From Candidatus Nomurabacteria bacterium (GTDB lineage: Bacteria; Patescibacteriota; Minisyncoccia; Phycocordibacterales; Phycocordibacteraceae): DNA of 61,730 bases. The stretch spans positions 1 to 61,730 of the forward strand of contig CALRBA010000003.1 of assembly GCA_943353835.1 (NCBI GenBank), given 5' to 3'. The position numbers were made by a program, and so were the translations under genes. Positions 18,637-27,884 of the stretch are shown in pieces. Each line of letters opens with the position of its first letter. Position 1 is the first letter of the stretch. Under the pieces are notes generated by a model that had not been told where the DNA came from, did no database searches, and saw only the letters and a list, made by a program, of their open reading frames with translations.

Positions 18637-19881
18637 ATGAGTGCTATTAATTTTAAAATAGAACAGCGCGCGCTTGGTTACCGAGAGCGCGCGGGCACAT
18701 TGACGACGCCACATGGCATTATCCGTACGCCAGCCTTCGCCCCGGTGGGGACAAAGGCCTCGGTGAAGGGCATTTTGCCGGAACAACTTGTGAAGCTCGG
18801 TGCTGAAGTGGTGCTCGCGAACACCTACCATCTCTATCTGCAGCCTGGAGAAAACACAGTGAAAAATGCCGGCGGGCTGGGGAAATTTATGGGTTGGCAG
18901 GGCCCCACGATGACCGATTCGGGCGGTTTCCAAGTCTTCTCGCTTGGCGCTGCGTTCGGCAAAAAAATCTCAAAATTTACAAGGTTAAACCTTGTCGAAA
19001 ACAAGCCTGTAAATACGCCGTCAATTTACGATGAAGAAATAGCAAGTCAGCACGGTCAACTCGCAATAATAGATGATGAGGGAGTATCGTTCACTTCGCA
19101 CGTAGACGGCTCGCTTCACCGCTTCACGCCAGAGCGCTCGGTGGAGATTCAACACGCGCTCGGTGCCGACATCTTCTTCGCCTTTGACGAATGTACGGCG
19201 CCGACCGAGCCATACGAGTATCAGAAAGAGGCGATGGAGCGTACACATCGTTGGGCGGAACGTAGCTTGAAAACGCATCGGCAGAATATTGACGCGAACA
19301 AGAAGCAAGCGATTTTCGGTATCGCACAGGGAGGACAGTTTGACGACCTTCGTCGGCAGAGTGCTAAGGCTATTGCTGAAATGGGGTTTGACGGATTTGG
19401 ATTAGGAGGCTCGTTCAGCAAGAAATACGGCGATGATTCTCTCCAGTCGGCGCTCGCGATGTTGAAGGAGTTGCCAGAGAATATGCCAGTGCACGGCCTC
19501 GGCATTGGCGAGCCCTGCGACTTGCTCGCAGCTATTTCTGCAGGTGTAGACATCTTTGACTGTGTCGCCGCCACGCGCATCGGTCGCCACAGTTCTCTCT
19601 ATACGATGCGAGGCATCATTCACTTACGCAATGGAGAATATCGTAACGATTTTTCCCCGCTCGACCCCGAGCTAGCAATAGCAGGGACGGAGACCTTCAC
19701 GCGCGCCTATGTCTCGCATCTCGTGCGTTCGGGCGAAATGCTCGGGTCAATCATCGTTTCCATGCACAATGTCGGCTTTATTTTGCAACTCGTTGCCGGC
19801 GCGCGTCAAGCAATTCTTGATGGACGTTTTGACGACTATCGTGCAGACTTCGTTCGCGACTACTATCATGGCCAATTTTAA
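18637..19881 (+). CDS. tgt: tRNA-guanine transglycosylase
   Basis: TPAFAPVGT, LANTYHL, TDSGGFQVFSL, FDEC, GVDIFDCV, HN; the CxCxxC zinc motif is absent. Confidence 0.95.
   Translation: MSAINFKIEQRALGYRERAGTLTTPHGIIRTPAFAPVGTKASVKGILPEQLVKLGAEVVLANTYHLYLQPGENTVKNAGGLGKFMGWQGPTMTDSGGFQVFSLGAAFGKKISKFTRLNLVENKPVNTPSIYDEEIASQHGQLAIIDDEGVSFTSHVDGSLHRFTPERSVEIQHALGADIFFAFDECTAPTEPYEYQKEAMERTHRWAERSLKTHRQNIDANKKQAIFGIAQGGQFDDLRRQSAKAIAEMGFDGFGLGGSFSKKYGDDSLQSALAMLKELPENMPVHGLGIGEPCDLLAAISAGVDIFDCVAATRIGRHSSLYTMRGIIHLRNGEYRNDFSPLDPELAIAGTETFTRAYVSHLVRSGEMLGSIIVSMHNVGFILQLVAGARQAILDGRFDDYRADFVRDYYHGQF
18979..18995. repeat. Single AAGGT-N3-ACCTT unit (copy 5) in frame in tgt
   Basis: acaaggttaaaccttgt; encodes TRLNLV; matches the arm of copy 2. 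Confidence 0.75.
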
Positions 19882-21904
19882 ATTACACCTCCCATTTCAG
19901 CCGGCGGGGGACCAGCCGGCTGCGATACAGAAACTTGAAGAAGGGCTCAAAAGAGGTCTGCGACATCAGACGCTCTTTGGTGTGACAGGCTCTGGCAAAA
20001 CTTTTACCGTCGCGAACGTCATCGCCAAGAATGATAAGGCGACGCTTGTCCTCGCGCACAACAAGACACTCGCGGCTCAGCTCGCACAGGAGTATCGTGA
20101 ATTTTTTCCCGAGAATGCGGTGCATTACTTCGTTTCGTACTACGACTATTATCAGCCGGAAGCATATATCGCGCACTCAGACACTTATATAGAGAAGGAG
20201 GCGATGATAAACGCGGAGATAGATAGACTTCGTCACGCCGCCACACAAGCATTATTGACTCGTAAAGATGTAATTATAGTCGCCTCGGTCTCTGCTATCT
20301 ACGGCCTCGGCTCGCCGGAGGAATATGAAAAGGTACATGTGAAGATAGAGAAGGGCGCGAGGGACGATCGAGCGGCGCTTATACGCAAGCTTGTCAATAT
20401 ATATTTTGAACGCACGAACGCAGACCTCAATCCCGGACAGTTTCGTGCTATCGGCAATTCTCTGGAGTTTATGCCAGTTAATGAGCGCGTTATCTACCGT
20501 GTCGTCTTCGTGGGCGACGAAGTCGCACATATAGAAAAACTTGACCCAGTATCGCGTGCAAAATTATTAGAACCAAAAAACGTTTTCGTATTTCCCGCGA
20601 AGCACTTCATCACGAATGAAGAAGAGCGACTACGCGCGATTGAAGATATTAAATTAGAACTTGAAGAACAGCTCGCGAAGTTTAAGAGAGAAGAAAAGCC
20701 GTTAGAAGCCGAGCGCCTGAAACGTCGCACACTTCACGACCTAGCGCTTATTCGCGAACTAGGCTACACAAGTGGGATAGAGAATTATTCCCGCCACTTT
20801 GACGGTCGTAAGCCTGGCGAGCCGCCATTCACACTCCTCTCCTATTTCCCGAAGAACTTTTTAACAATAATAGACGAGTCGCATGTCACCGTTCCGCAGA
20901 TAGGCGGGATGTATGCAGGTGATAAGTCGCGTAAAGATGTGCTCGTGGAGTACGGCTTCCGCCTCCCGTCAGCGCGCGACAATCGCCCGCTTCGCTTTGA
21001 AGAGTTTGAAGAGCGCGTGGGGCAAGTCTTGTACACGAGTGCGACGCCCGGGCCGTACGAGAAGGCCCATTCGGAACAAATTGTAGAACAAGTTATTCGC
21101 CCGACTGGTCTTATTGACCCCGAGCTCACGGTGCGCAGAGTTAGTGAGACGGGAGGGTACAAGGGACAGGTTGTAGATTTTATTGCTGAAGCAGAGATAG
21201 TGATTAAGCGCGGTGGCCGCGCGCTCGCAACAACACTGACAAAACAAATGGCAGAAGACTTGTCTTCGTTTCTTAAAGAAAAGGGAATCAAAGCAGAGTA
21301 TTTACATTCAGATATAAAAACAATTGAGCGCATTGATATTCTCACCAACTTCAGAAAGGGCGAGTTTGATATCCTCGTTGGCGTAAATCTGCTCCGCGAA
21401 GGGCTTGATTTGCCTGAAGTTGAATTGGTGGGAATTCTTGACGCTGACAAAGAAGGGTTCTTGCGTAGCGAGACCTCACTCATCCAGACTATCGGGCGCG
21501 CCGCGCGCAATGTCCTCGGCCGAGTCATCCTCTATGCCGACAATATGACTGGCTCACTTGACAAGGCGATAAGCGAGACGAATCGCCGCCGCGCGCTCCA
21601 AGAGGCGTACAACACGAAGCACGGCATCACCCCGATGACGATTAAAAAGGAGATTCACGACATCGCCGCCTCAATGCGCACCGAGCACCAGCGCACGGTC
21701 GACGAGCTCCTTGTCTTGGACACGCTTGCATACAAAAATGACCCCAAGGAGTTTATTAAAAGAAAGAGAGAAGAGATGTCAGAAGCAGTGGAGCAATTAG
21801 ACTTTGAAACCGCCGCGCTCATCCGCGATGAGATATATAAGCTAGAGGGCACGGGTCCCAAAGCTCGTAAACCCCGCACCCGTAAACCGCTTTCGGGTTC
21901 TTAA
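19868..21904 (+). CDS. uvrB: Excinuclease ABC subunit B
   Basis: [45 protein letters not shown]; start set at ATG 19868. Confidence 0.98.
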   Translation: MANFKLHLPFQPAGDQPAAIQKLEEGLKRGLRHQTLFGVTGSGKTFTVANVIAKNDKATLVLAHNKTLAAQLAQEYREFFPENAVHYFVSYYDYYQPEAYIAHSDTYIEKEAMINAEIDRLRHAATQALLTRKDVIIVASVSAIYGLGSPEEYEKVHVKIEKGARDDRAALIRKLVNIYFERTNADLNPGQFRAIGNSLEFMPVNERVIYRVVFVGDEVAHIEKLDPVSRAKLLEPKNVFVFPAKHFITNEEERLRAIEDIKLELEEQLAKFKREEKPLEAERLKRRTLHDLALIRELGYTSGIENYSRHFDGRKPGEPPFTLLSYFPKNFLTIIDESHVTVPQIGGMYAGDKSRKDVLVEYGFRLPSARDNRPLRFEEFEERVGQVLYTSATPGPYEKAHSEQIVEQVIRPTGLIDPELTVRRVSETGGYKGQVVDFIAEAEIVIKRGGRALATTLTKQMAEDLSSFLKEKGIKAEYLHSDIKTIERIDILTNFRKGEFDILVGVNLLREGLDLPEVELVGILDADKEGFLRSETSLIQTIGRAARNVLGRVILYADNMTGSLDKAISETNRRRALQEAYNTKHGITPMTIKKEIHDIAASMRTEHQRTVDELLVLDTLAYKNDPKEFIKRKREEMSEAVEQLDFETAALIRDEIYKLEGTGPKARKPRTRKPLSGS

Positions 21905-21928
21905 ATAGAGTGATATAGTTACACCGTA

Positions 21929-21948
21929 CCTGCCCCGCCACGGGCAGG
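21929..21948. repeat. CCTGCC-type palindrome in the uvrA leader
   Basis: cctgccc-cgccac-gggcagg. Confidence 0.55.
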
Positions 21949-21963
21949 AAATTTACATAGAAA

Positions 21964-24669
21964 ATGAAGAAAACAACAGCTAAAGAAGAGCATAAACCCG
22001 CCTCGCCGAAGACGTCGAGTCGAGGCGGGCACAAACACGGGAGCGACTGGCTCACCGTGAAGGGTGCGCGCACCCATAATTTGAAAAATATTGATGTCGC
22101 GATGCCGCGCGGAGCGATGACGGTTATCACCGGCCTCTCTGGCTCTGGAAAGTCCTCACTCGCCTTCGATACTATATTTGCTGAAGGACAGCGTCGGTAC
22201 GTGGAGTCGCTCTCTGCCTATGCACGCCAATTCCTAAACCAAATGGCGAAGCCAGATGTTGATGAAATATCTGGTTTGTCGCCAGCCATTTCTATAGACC
22301 AGAAGAGTCGTTCTAACAATCCGCGTTCCACGGTCGCCACGGTTACCGAGATTTATGATTACCTGCGCGTGCTCTACGCGCGCGCGGGCCAGCCCTATTG
22401 TATCCATCATGATGTTCCCATCGTGCGGCTTTCTAAAGAAGAAATGATCAAACTTGTCTTTCAGCGAGTGGAGGCAGGGAGCATGAGCAGTGCGCATGGA
22501 CCTGAAGTACTCGGCGTAGCAGTTGATAAACGCATAGTCACTATCTACGCGCCGATGGTTGTTGGGCGGAAGGGCGAGTACTACCAGCTGCTCTATGATC
22601 TCTTGAGCAAAGGCTACGAGAAGGTGGTGGTAGATGGGAAAGTGCATTCGCTCCGCGAAAAGATAGTCATGGAGCGTAATAAACGTCATGACATTGATGC
22701 GGTTGTTGATTCTATTTTCGTTTCTGAATTCGCACGCTCTACGCAGAGTGCTCGCGAACGACTCTCCGAGGCGCTAGAACTTGCATTAAAGGAAGCTGGA
22801 GGACTGGTTAAGATTAAGCACGCCGACGGTACGACAGAAACACTTTCTTCTAAATTTATTTGTCCCGAAGATGGCGCGTCTTTCCCAGAAGTTGAGCCAC
22901 GGCTCTTCTCATTCAACTCGCCGTATGGCGCGTGCCCGGCCTGTCATGGGCTCGGGACCGAGTCGCTCTTCTCAGAAAAAGTGTGTCAAGTATGTAAAGG
23001 GAAACGACTTCGCCCTGAAGCATTGAGAGTTTACCTCAAAAGCACGAAGCACGAAGCACGAAGCACAAAATTCGAAAGCCCTCTCGGGGCAAGCATCGTG
23101 GATTTTACGAATATGTCTATACGAGATGCTAAAAACTTTATTGATGACATTGAATTGTCGGAGATGAAATACGATATCGCGATGCCGATTTTGAAAGAGA
23201 TAGACGCGAGACTAACATTTATGTTGAACGTCGGCTTGGATTATTTAACGCTGAATCGCTCAGCGGCGACACTCTCTGGAGGTGAAGCGCAGAGAATTAG
23301 GCTCGCGTCTCAGCTCGGGAGCGGGCTCACCGGCGCGCTCTATGTGCTCGACGAGCCGACGATAGGTCTGCACCAGCGCGATAATGCTCGGCTCATCAAG
23401 ACCCTTCTCATATTAAAAGAGCTCGGCAACACGATTATCGTCGTGGAGCATGACGAGGACACTATTTATTCTGCCGATTACCTAGTGGACATCGGGCCGG
23501 GCGCCGGTATCCATGGAGGAGAAGTTGTTGCTTCCGGATGGCTGGATGATTTGTTGACGACGAAAGAAAATGAAACAGGCTCTGTCACCCTTTCATATTT
23601 GCGTGGAGAAAAAGAAATTCCAATTCCCGAGGAGCGTCGCACAGGAGAGAGAGGATGGTTAAAAGTTCGTGGCGCGACACTGCACAATCTCGTGAATCAG
23701 AATATTGACGTCCCCTTGGGGAAACTCGTCTGCATTACGGGCGTCTCGGGAAGCGGGAAGTCAACATTCCTCTACGACATTCTGCACCGCAATATTTCGT
23801 CACGTTTTGCGCGCCGCGAGGTGAAGCTTGAATATATCGCATCGCTCACCGGCACCGAGTATGTCAGCCGCGCGGTTCTCATAGACCAATCGCCAATAGG
23901 GCGCACCCCGCGCTCTAATCCGGCGACGTACACAGGCGCTTTCACGCACATCCGCGACCTCTTCGCGGCGACTGCCGAGGCGCGCGCGAGAGGATGGAAG
24001 CCTGGGCGGTTCTCATTCAACGTCGCTGGCGGTCGCTGTGAGGCCTGTCAGGGCAACGGTTCTATCGCGGTAGAGATGCACTTTCTCCCGACCGTGTACG
24101 TCACATGTGATATCTGCATCGGTAAGCGTTTTATGAAAGAAACATTGGAAATTACTTTCCGCGGTAAGAATATTTACGAGGTGCTCCAGATGACGATAGA
24201 AGAAGCGGAAAAGTTTTTTGGAGACATTCCAGCTATCAATGATCGTCTCATGAGCTTGAATTCAACAGGACTTCAATATTTAACACTTGGTCAGAGCGCG
24301 ACGACACTCTCCGGCGGAGAAGCACAGCGCGTGAAGATCGCAAGTGAGCTCTATCGTTCTCAAACAATGAAAACCATTTATCTGCTTGATGAGCCGACTG
24401 TAGGTTTACATTATGAAGATGTGGTGAAGCTTATTGAGATTCTACAAGAACTGGTGCGTAGAGGTAACACAGTGGTTGTCATTGAACACAATCTGGATGT
24501 GATAAAGAGCTCTGATTATATTATTGACTTCGGTCCAGAGGGCGGAGAGGGTGGCGGGAAGGTTATCGCGAAGGGCACGCCGGAGGAAGTCGCCGAGACA
24601 GACGGTTCTTACACGGGCGAATATCTAGTTAAGGTGTTAAAACGCCATGAAAAAAAGCGAATTAAGTAA
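21964..24669 (+). CDS. uvrA: Excinuclease ABC subunit A
   Basis: [23 protein letters not shown], two LSGGEAQR signatures, zinc fingers. Confidence 0.98.
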   Translation: MKKTTAKEEHKPASPKTSSRGGHKHGSDWLTVKGARTHNLKNIDVAMPRGAMTVITGLSGSGKSSLAFDTIFAEGQRRYVESLSAYARQFLNQMAKPDVDEISGLSPAISIDQKSRSNNPRSTVATVTEIYDYLRVLYARAGQPYCIHHDVPIVRLSKEEMIKLVFQRVEAGSMSSAHGPEVLGVAVDKRIVTIYAPMVVGRKGEYYQLLYDLLSKGYEKVVVDGKVHSLREKIVMERNKRHDIDAVVDSIFVSEFARSTQSARERLSEALELALKEAGGLVKIKHADGTTETLSSKFICPEDGASFPEVEPRLFSFNSPYGACPACHGLGTESLFSEKVCQVCKGKRLRPEALRVYLKSTKHEARSTKFESPLGASIVDFTNMSIRDAKNFIDDIELSEMKYDIAMPILKEIDARLTFMLNVGLDYLTLNRSAATLSGGEAQRIRLASQLGSGLTGALYVLDEPTIGLHQRDNARLIKTLLILKELGNTIIVVEHDEDTIYSADYLVDIGPGAGIHGGEVVASGWLDDLLTTKENETGSVTLSYLRGEKEIPIPEERRTGERGWLKVRGATLHNLVNQNIDVPLGKLVCITGVSGSGKSTFLYDILHRNISSRFARREVKLEYIASLTGTEYVSRAVLIDQSPIGRTPRSNPATYTGAFTHIRDLFAATAEARARGWKPGRFSFNVAGGRCEACQGNGSIAVEMHFLPTVYVTCDICIGKRFMKETLEITFRGKNIYEVLQMTIEEAEKFFGDIPAINDRLMSLNSTGLQYLTLGQSATTLSGGEAQRVKIASELYRSQTMKTIYLLDEPTVGLHYEDVVKLIEILQELVRRGNTVVVIEHNLDVIKSSDYIIDFGPEGGEGGGKVIAKGTPEEVAETDGSYTGEYLVKVLKRHEKKRIK
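23040..23077 (+). repeat. Heptamer tandem repeat (AAGCACG)n in frame in uvrA
   Basis: aagcacg x3, aagcaca, aaattcg; encodes [12 protein letters not shown]. Confidence 0.85.
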
Positions 24670-25978
24670 ATTCAATCTGCCGGATGTACCTGGGGTGTAT
24701 CTCTTTAAGAAAGGGAGGAAGGTGTTGTATGTGGGTAAGGCAACGTCGCTACGCGACCGAGTACGCTCCTACTTTGATGATGATTTGATCGCGACACGCG
24801 GCCCGCGTATCGTGGATATGGTGACGAAGTCCGATAGGGTCGCGCACGAGCCGACGCCGACTGTGCTAGAGGCACTCGTGCGCGAAGCGGCGCTCATTAA
24901 GAAATATCTGCCGAAGGCGAATGTGGACGGGAAGGACGATAAGACTTTTCTTTATGCAGTAATAACTAAAGAAAATATTCCGCGCGTGCTTGTCGTGCGC
25001 GGGAAGGATATTAATTTTAAACAGCTTACGGCTAACAGCTTGCAGCTGACAGGGCCTGTTCGCAACCAGCAAACTGCCACCTGCAAGCTGCGAGCGATAT
25101 ACGGACCGTTTCCTTCAGGCGCGCAGTTAAAAGAGGGTTTGCGTCTCGTACGGCGCATTTTTCCGTTCTTTGATACGGCGAAGCCGGTTGTAGCAACGGG
25201 TAAACATCATCAGGCAAAAATAGAATTTAACAGTCAGATTAATCAATATCCGCGAAGTTCCATATTCGCGCCTATAGGCCAGAATATGGAACAACTGAAA
25301 ATGTATCGGAAATCAATACGAAAGGTAATGCTATTTCTTTCAGGACGCGGTAAAGAGTTGCGACGGAGACTTGAAAAGGAAATGCGCGAGGCCGCGCTAG
25401 AAGAGCGGTTTGAAGATGCAGCCGAAACGCGTCGCGAGCTCTTCGCGCTGGACCATATTCAAGACGTCGCGCTCATTAAGGACGAAAATCTTGCGCAACA
25501 AGGTTCGACCTTAAATCCGAATTCCCAAGGCCGAACCTTGTTGCGCATTGAGGCGTATGATACGGCGCATCTCTCTGGGACGAACGCAATTGGCGTGATG
25601 ACGGTTGTCGTAGACGGCGCGCCGGTAAAGAAAGAATACAGAACGTTTCGTATCAGGGGTGTGAAGAAGAATGATGATATCGCGTCGTTAAAAGAAATTC
25701 TCTCACGCCGACTAAATCATCAAGAGTGGCAGTTCCCGAAGGTGATAGTAGTAGACGGCGGTAAGACGCAAAAGAAGGCGGCCGAGAGTGTACTTAAAGA
25801 AGTTGGAGTTATCATTCCTGTTGTCGCCGTTGTAAAAGACGAACGTCACCGCCCGCGCGAAGTCATCGGCGCGCGTTCCGCTGGCATTTCCGAGATGGAC
25901 GCCGTCCTCGCCAACTCCGAGGCGCACCGCTTCTCCCTCGCGCAACACCGTCGTGCCCGTTCTCGTTTGGTATACTGA
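24647..25978 (+). CDS. uvrC: Excinuclease ABC subunit C, short form without C-terminal HhH
   Basis: LPDVPGVYLF..LYVGKATSLRDRVRSYF, UVR domain, RIEAYDTAH, VVDGGKTQ, EAHRFS. Confidence 0.95.
   Translation: MKKSELSKFNLPDVPGVYLFKKGRKVLYVGKATSLRDRVRSYFDDDLIATRGPRIVDMVTKSDRVAHEPTPTVLEALVREAALIKKYLPKANVDGKDDKTFLYAVITKENIPRVLVVRGKDINFKQLTANSLQLTGPVRNQQTATCKLRAIYGPFPSGAQLKEGLRLVRRIFPFFDTAKPVVATGKHHQAKIEFNSQINQYPRSSIFAPIGQNMEQLKMYRKSIRKVMLFLSGRGKELRRRLEKEMREAALEERFEDAAETRRELFALDHIQDVALIKDENLAQQGSTLNPNSQGRTLLRIEAYDTAHLSGTNAIGVMTVVVDGAPVKKEYRTFRIRGVKKNDDIASLKEILSRRLNHQEWQFPKVIVVDGGKTQKKAAESVLKEVGVIIPVVAVVKDERHRPREVIGARSAGISEMDAVLANSEAHRFSLAQHRRARSRLVY
25021..25095 (+). repeat. Degenerate heptamer array in frame in uvrC
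   Basis: acagctt-acggcta-acagctt-gcagctg-acag...aaactgc-cacctgc-aagctgc. Confidence 0.7.
25257..25292. repeat. 36-bp palindrome in frame in uvrC
   Basis: gttccatattc-gc-gcctataggc-ca-gaatatggaac. Confidence 0.75.
25492..25547. repeat. AAGGT-N3-ACCTT palindromic element, copy 6, in frame in uvrC
   Basis: tgcgcaacaaggttcgacctt-aaatccgaattccc-aaggccgaaccttgttgcgca; 47/52 identical to the reverse complement of copy 3 (hand alignment). Confidence 0.92.
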
Positions 25979-25983
25979 AACGC

Positions 25984-26946
25984 ATGCAAACCGTTGTTGG
26001 GGTACTGCGAGGCGGGCCTAGTCGCGAGCACGAGGTATCGCTTAAGTCCGGCGCCGCTATCCTTGCGAATCTGTCCGAGGAGCGTTACACCGCGCGCGAC
26101 ATTTATATAGATAGAAATGGAGTCTGGCATGACCGAGGCAGAGCAACTTCGCCTGAACGTATATTGCGTCAGACCGACGTTGTTCTAATTGGTCTGCACG
26201 GTGAATATGGTGAGGATGGAGAAGTACAAAAGCTTCTTGAGCGTTTCGGCGTCCCATATGCCGGCGCCGACTCATTTGGTTCCTATCTCGCGATGCATAA
26301 AATTATGTCCAAAGCGCGGGCGAAGGAGGAAGGACTACTCACACCAGAATCGCGTTTCATTGAACGCGTCGAAGACAGCGAGACTGTGGCAAGTGAGGTG
26401 GTCCGTGCCTTTCATCAGCCGGTCGTGGTGAAGCCAGTCGGTTGGGGCTCCTCGGTCGGTGTTTCTATAGTGGGAGGATACGCACCGGTGCTCTCTGCAG
26501 TTAAAAAACTTTTCTCTGATGGCGCGCCGAGCGTCATTGTTGAAGAATATATTCGTGGAAAGGAGGCGACAGTTGGAGTGGTGGAAGGACTGCGTGGCGA
26601 GAAATTCTACTCGCTACCGCCAGTTGAAATCATTCCTCCTAACGGCGATTTTTTTAATTACACAAATAAGTATGATGGGACTACCCAGGAGATTGTCCCG
26701 GGCAATTTCTCCCGCGTCGTTTCTGAAGAGCTCCAGAGGGTGACGAAGGTAATGCATCGTGCGCTTGGCCTGCGCCACTACTCGCGGAGCGATTTTATTG
26801 TTGCGCCAAAGGGTATTTATTATTTGGAGACCAATACATTACCTGGTCTCACGCATGAATCGCTCCTGCCGAAGTCCCTCGCCGCAGTCGGCGTCAGCTT
26901 CCGCGACTTCCTCACGCATCTGGTCAATCTCGCGCTCTCGCGCTAA
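25984..26946 (+). CDS. ddl: D-alanine--D-alanine ligase
   Basis: GGPSREHEVSLKSG, LHGEYGEDG, VVKP..GSSVG, YLETNTLPG. Confidence 0.96.
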   Translation: MQTVVGVLRGGPSREHEVSLKSGAAILANLSEERYTARDIYIDRNGVWHDRGRATSPERILRQTDVVLIGLHGEYGEDGEVQKLLERFGVPYAGADSFGSYLAMHKIMSKARAKEEGLLTPESRFIERVEDSETVASEVVRAFHQPVVVKPVGWGSSVGVSIVGGYAPVLSAVKKLFSDGAPSVIVEEYIRGKEATVGVVEGLRGEKFYSLPPVEIIPPNGDFFNYTNKYDGTTQEIVPGNFSRVVSEELQRVTKVMHRALGLRHYSRSDFIVAPKGIYYLETNTLPGLTHESLLPKSLAAVGVSFRDFLTHLVNLALSR

Positions 26947-26956
26947 AGTATTCAGA

Positions 26957-27044
26957 CGGGCCCATATGTAGGCATATGAGCCCTCGTTCGGAGAGAAAGA
27001 ATAATTGAAGACACTTATTATTTCTTCCTCTCTTCGGGCCCATA
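26957..27044 (+). mobile_element. 78-bp hairpin element flanked by a direct repeat of the tRNA-Ala(TGC) 5' end
   Basis: CGGGCCCATA at 26957-26966 and 27035-27044; internal stem-loop with TGAAGACAC loop. Confidence 0.65.
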
Positions 27045-27108
27045 GCTCAATTGGTAGAGCGCCTCATTTGCAATGAGGAGGTAGCCGGTTCGAAACCGGC
27101 TGGGTCCA
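27036..27108 (+). tRNA. tRNA-Ala(TGC)
   Basis: Complete cloverleaf, CCTCA-TTTGCAA-TGAGG, G3:U70. Confidence 0.96.
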
Positions 27109-27133
27109 CTCATATGATATTCTTCTTTAGTTC

Positions 27134-27207
27134 GCGCTCTTAGCTCAGTTGGTTAGAGCGTCCGCCTCACACGCGGAAGGTCGCAAGTTCGAATCTTGCA
27201 GAGCGCA
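27134..27207 (+). tRNA. tRNA-Val(CAC)
   Basis: Acceptor GCGCTCT/AGAGCGC, TCCGC-CTCACAC-GCGGA. Confidence 0.96.
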
Positions 27208-27226
27208 CCCGGGAGATGCCCTGTGT

Positions 27227-27297
27227 CGGGCCGGAGTATGCCGGTAGTACGCACGATTCGGGTTCGTGCAGACCGGGTTCGATTCCCGGCGGCCCGA
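27227..27297 (+). tRNA. tRNA-Pro(CGG) with atypical D region
   Basis: Acceptor CGGGCCG/CGGCCCG, CACGA-TTCGGGT-TCGTG, CCGGG-TTCGATT-CCCGG. Confidence 0.88.
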
Positions 27298-27330
27298 CTG
27301 AATATCGTTATGTTAAACTCGTCCAAGCTT

Positions 27331-27482
27331 GGGCCATTAGCTCATCTGGTAAGCCCTTCAGGCTTTCTCCGTCGTCGCTCCGCTTAAATAAATGTGAAGA
27401 CGCATTTATTCAGCTACGCTTCTAGTAGTAGAGAGCGTCATTCGCATTGACGAGGTAAGCGGTTCAAGTCCGCTATGGTCCA
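27331..27482 (+). tRNA. tRNA-Ala(CGC) interrupted by a 79-nt D-loop insertion (27352-27430)
   Basis: Joining 27331-27351 to 27431-27482 gives a 73-nt tRNA collinear with tRNA-Ala(TGC); CGTCA-TTCGCAT-TGACG; G3:U70. Confidence 0.85.
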
Positions 27483-27531
27483 CAAAATCAAAAACTCGTC
27501 CGCAGTCTGGCGGACGAGTTTTTGATTTTGT
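27482..27531. terminator. Long hairpin, probable bidirectional terminator
   Basis: 22-bp perfect stem acaaaatcaaaaactcgtccgc/gcggacgagtttttgattttgt between the tRNA cluster and the convergent SWIB gene. Confidence 0.8.
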
Positions 27532-27543
27532 ATAATGAACTCT

Positions 27544-27795
27544 TTATTTCATATGTGCCGAGACGAGCTTCGTCATCTCAAACATCGTGACCTCGCCCTT
27601 ACCTCCGAAGATAGCCTTCAGCTTCTCATCCGCGAGGATATTCCTCTTGTTTGCCGGATTCTGAAGGTTGTTCTTCTTAATGTATACCCAAAGCTGCTTA
27701 ACCACCTCCGTTCTCGGCATCGGACTCTTCCCGACGACTGCCTCCAGTTCAGGAGACAGATTGAGCGGTTTTGATAAAGCTGAATTTATTGCCAT
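27544..27795 (-). CDS. Stand-alone SWIB/MDM2 domain protein
   Basis: LSPELEAVVG..PRTEVVKQLWVYIKKNNLQNP.NKRNILADEKLKAIF..VTMFEM. Confidence 0.93.
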   Translation of the reverse strand: MAINSALSKPLNLSPELEAVVGKSPMPRTEVVKQLWVYIKKNNLQNPANKRNILADEKLKAIFGGKGEVTMFEMTKLVSAHMK

Positions 27796-27884
27796 AATGA
27801 ATGTAATTGTATTAATTCTAAGTGACCCGTTCATTATACCACTATATTGGTATTGCAACACCGTCCGATGGTATAATGTAGAGT

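Noticed and set aside
19709-19867. Long N-terminal extensions of uvrB (also dnaX, tgt, ung, grpE, alaS)
   Set aside because: They result from longest-ORF calling; conserved N-termini and -10 spacing support downstream ATGs.
19868-25978. LexA/SOS boxes for uvrBAC
   Set aside because: No convincing CTGT-N8-ACAG or GAAC-N4-GTTC site was seen in the short upstream regions.
27196-27425. Small ORFs in the tRNA cluster
   Set aside because: They overlap well-formed tRNA genes and have no protein-like features.
27352-27430. Group I or II intron in tRNA-Ala(CGC)
   Set aside because: 79 nt is far too short and lacks the catalytic core and the terminal G of group I introns.
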